64,000 bases of DNA, taken from positions 1-64,000 of IMG/VR virus record IMGVR_UViG_3300028384_000991; one strand, given 5' to 3'. How positions within the stretch are numbered: the stretch's first letter is position 1; every line of letters starts with the position of its first letter. Positions 63,563-64,000 of this stretch are shown here, piece after piece. Below the pieces are notes generated by a model. The model saw only the letters and a list, made by a program, of their open reading frames with translations. It had not been told where the DNA came from and did not search any database. The translations under genes and the position numbers were made by a program. Origin of the DNA: a virus.

Positions 63563-64000
63563 TGTACAAAGGTTTAATATTAGGCAGACAACAAGACGTT
63601 AATGTTGATACTGAACATTGGAAATTTGGTATCGTTAGGAACAATAAAAAGATTGTTGATACGATGTTACATTATACAGCATTTCCGTTAGCATATAATG
63701 ATCACGGTATTATAGATGCTGTATGTGAAAATCTCAAAAAGTATAAACCAGAAACAGGTGATAATGCATTTAAAGCATTTGAACCAACACTTAATAGTCC
63801 GCATATAGAACTATCAAATAAACTTTATGAAATGAGTAACGGTTATAGATCTGTATATACATTATCGGGTAGTGATGGTATTGAAGTTGCTATAAAACTT
63901 GCGTTTGCTTATCATGAAAAAAAGCAAAACAATAAAAAGAAAATTGTAAGTTTTACAGATGCATATCATGGTGCAACACTATTATCTCTTTCTTGTGGAG
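63562..64000 (+). CDS. Class-III PLP aminotransferase (partial; runs off the window end)
   Basis: ATG overlaps the previous stop (TAATG). Translates ..LSGSDGIEVAIKLAFAY..KIVSFTDAYHGATL.., the class-III SGS..E.A.K and YHG.T motifs. Not in the ORF track. Confidence 0.8.
   Translation, partial: MYKGLILGRQQDVNVDTEHWKFGIVRNNKKIVDTMLHYTAFPLAYNDHGIIDAVCENLKKYKPETGDNAFKAFEPTLNSPHIELSNKLYEMSNGYRSVYTLSGSDGIEVAIKLAFAYHEKKQNNKKKIVSFTDAYHGATLLSLSCG

Noticed and set aside
1-64000. CRISPR array, diversity-generating retroelement, retron or transposon
   Set aside because: No repeat-spacer array, reverse transcriptase, TR/VR pair, transposase or integrase seen
46449-64000. 7-deazaguanine or other known DNA-hypermodification cluster; RiPP cluster
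   Set aside because: No FolE/QueC/QueD/DpdA, thymidylate-synthase-like or nucleotide-kinase genes recognised in the window, and no short precursor peptide among the tightly overlapping genes

Overview
The window is a gene-dense, AT-rich segment of a large T4-like (contractile-tailed) bacteriophage, read in the standard genetic code. Bases 1-9.7 kb hold head and tail morphogenesis genes: a partial prohead core/scaffold gene, a Maf/DUF115-like transferase, portal gp20, a tape-measure-like gene, a gp26/gp51-like pair joined by a probable -1 frameshift, and putative head-internal proteins. Bases 10-15 kb hold a ~430-nt structured non-coding element directly behind a small GIY-YIG nuclease, then gp46/gp47 and a gp55-like late sigma factor, each block under a near-consensus sigma70 promoter. 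Bases 15-46.5 kb hold baseplate genes (tube initiator, gp53-like, hub, gp5, gp25, gp6, a 4960-aa wedge) and three paralogous fibre genes. From 46.5 kb to the end is a biosynthetic island of about 20 genes behind late-type promoter motifs: glycosyltransferase-like proteins, four radical SAM enzymes, three 2OG-Fe(II) oxygenases, an amidinotransferase, DegT and class-III aminotransferases, an NDP-sugar dehydrogenase, a methyltransferase and SGNH-like proteins. The best candidates for new biology are (1) the GIY-YIG nuclease plus large structured RNA unit, (2) the guanidino/amino-sugar tailoring island next to the tail fibres, (3) the gp26-gp51 frameshift and (4) systematic TAARTA-N5-start leaderless late genes. 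All family calls come from motif recognition by eye; no database searches were run.
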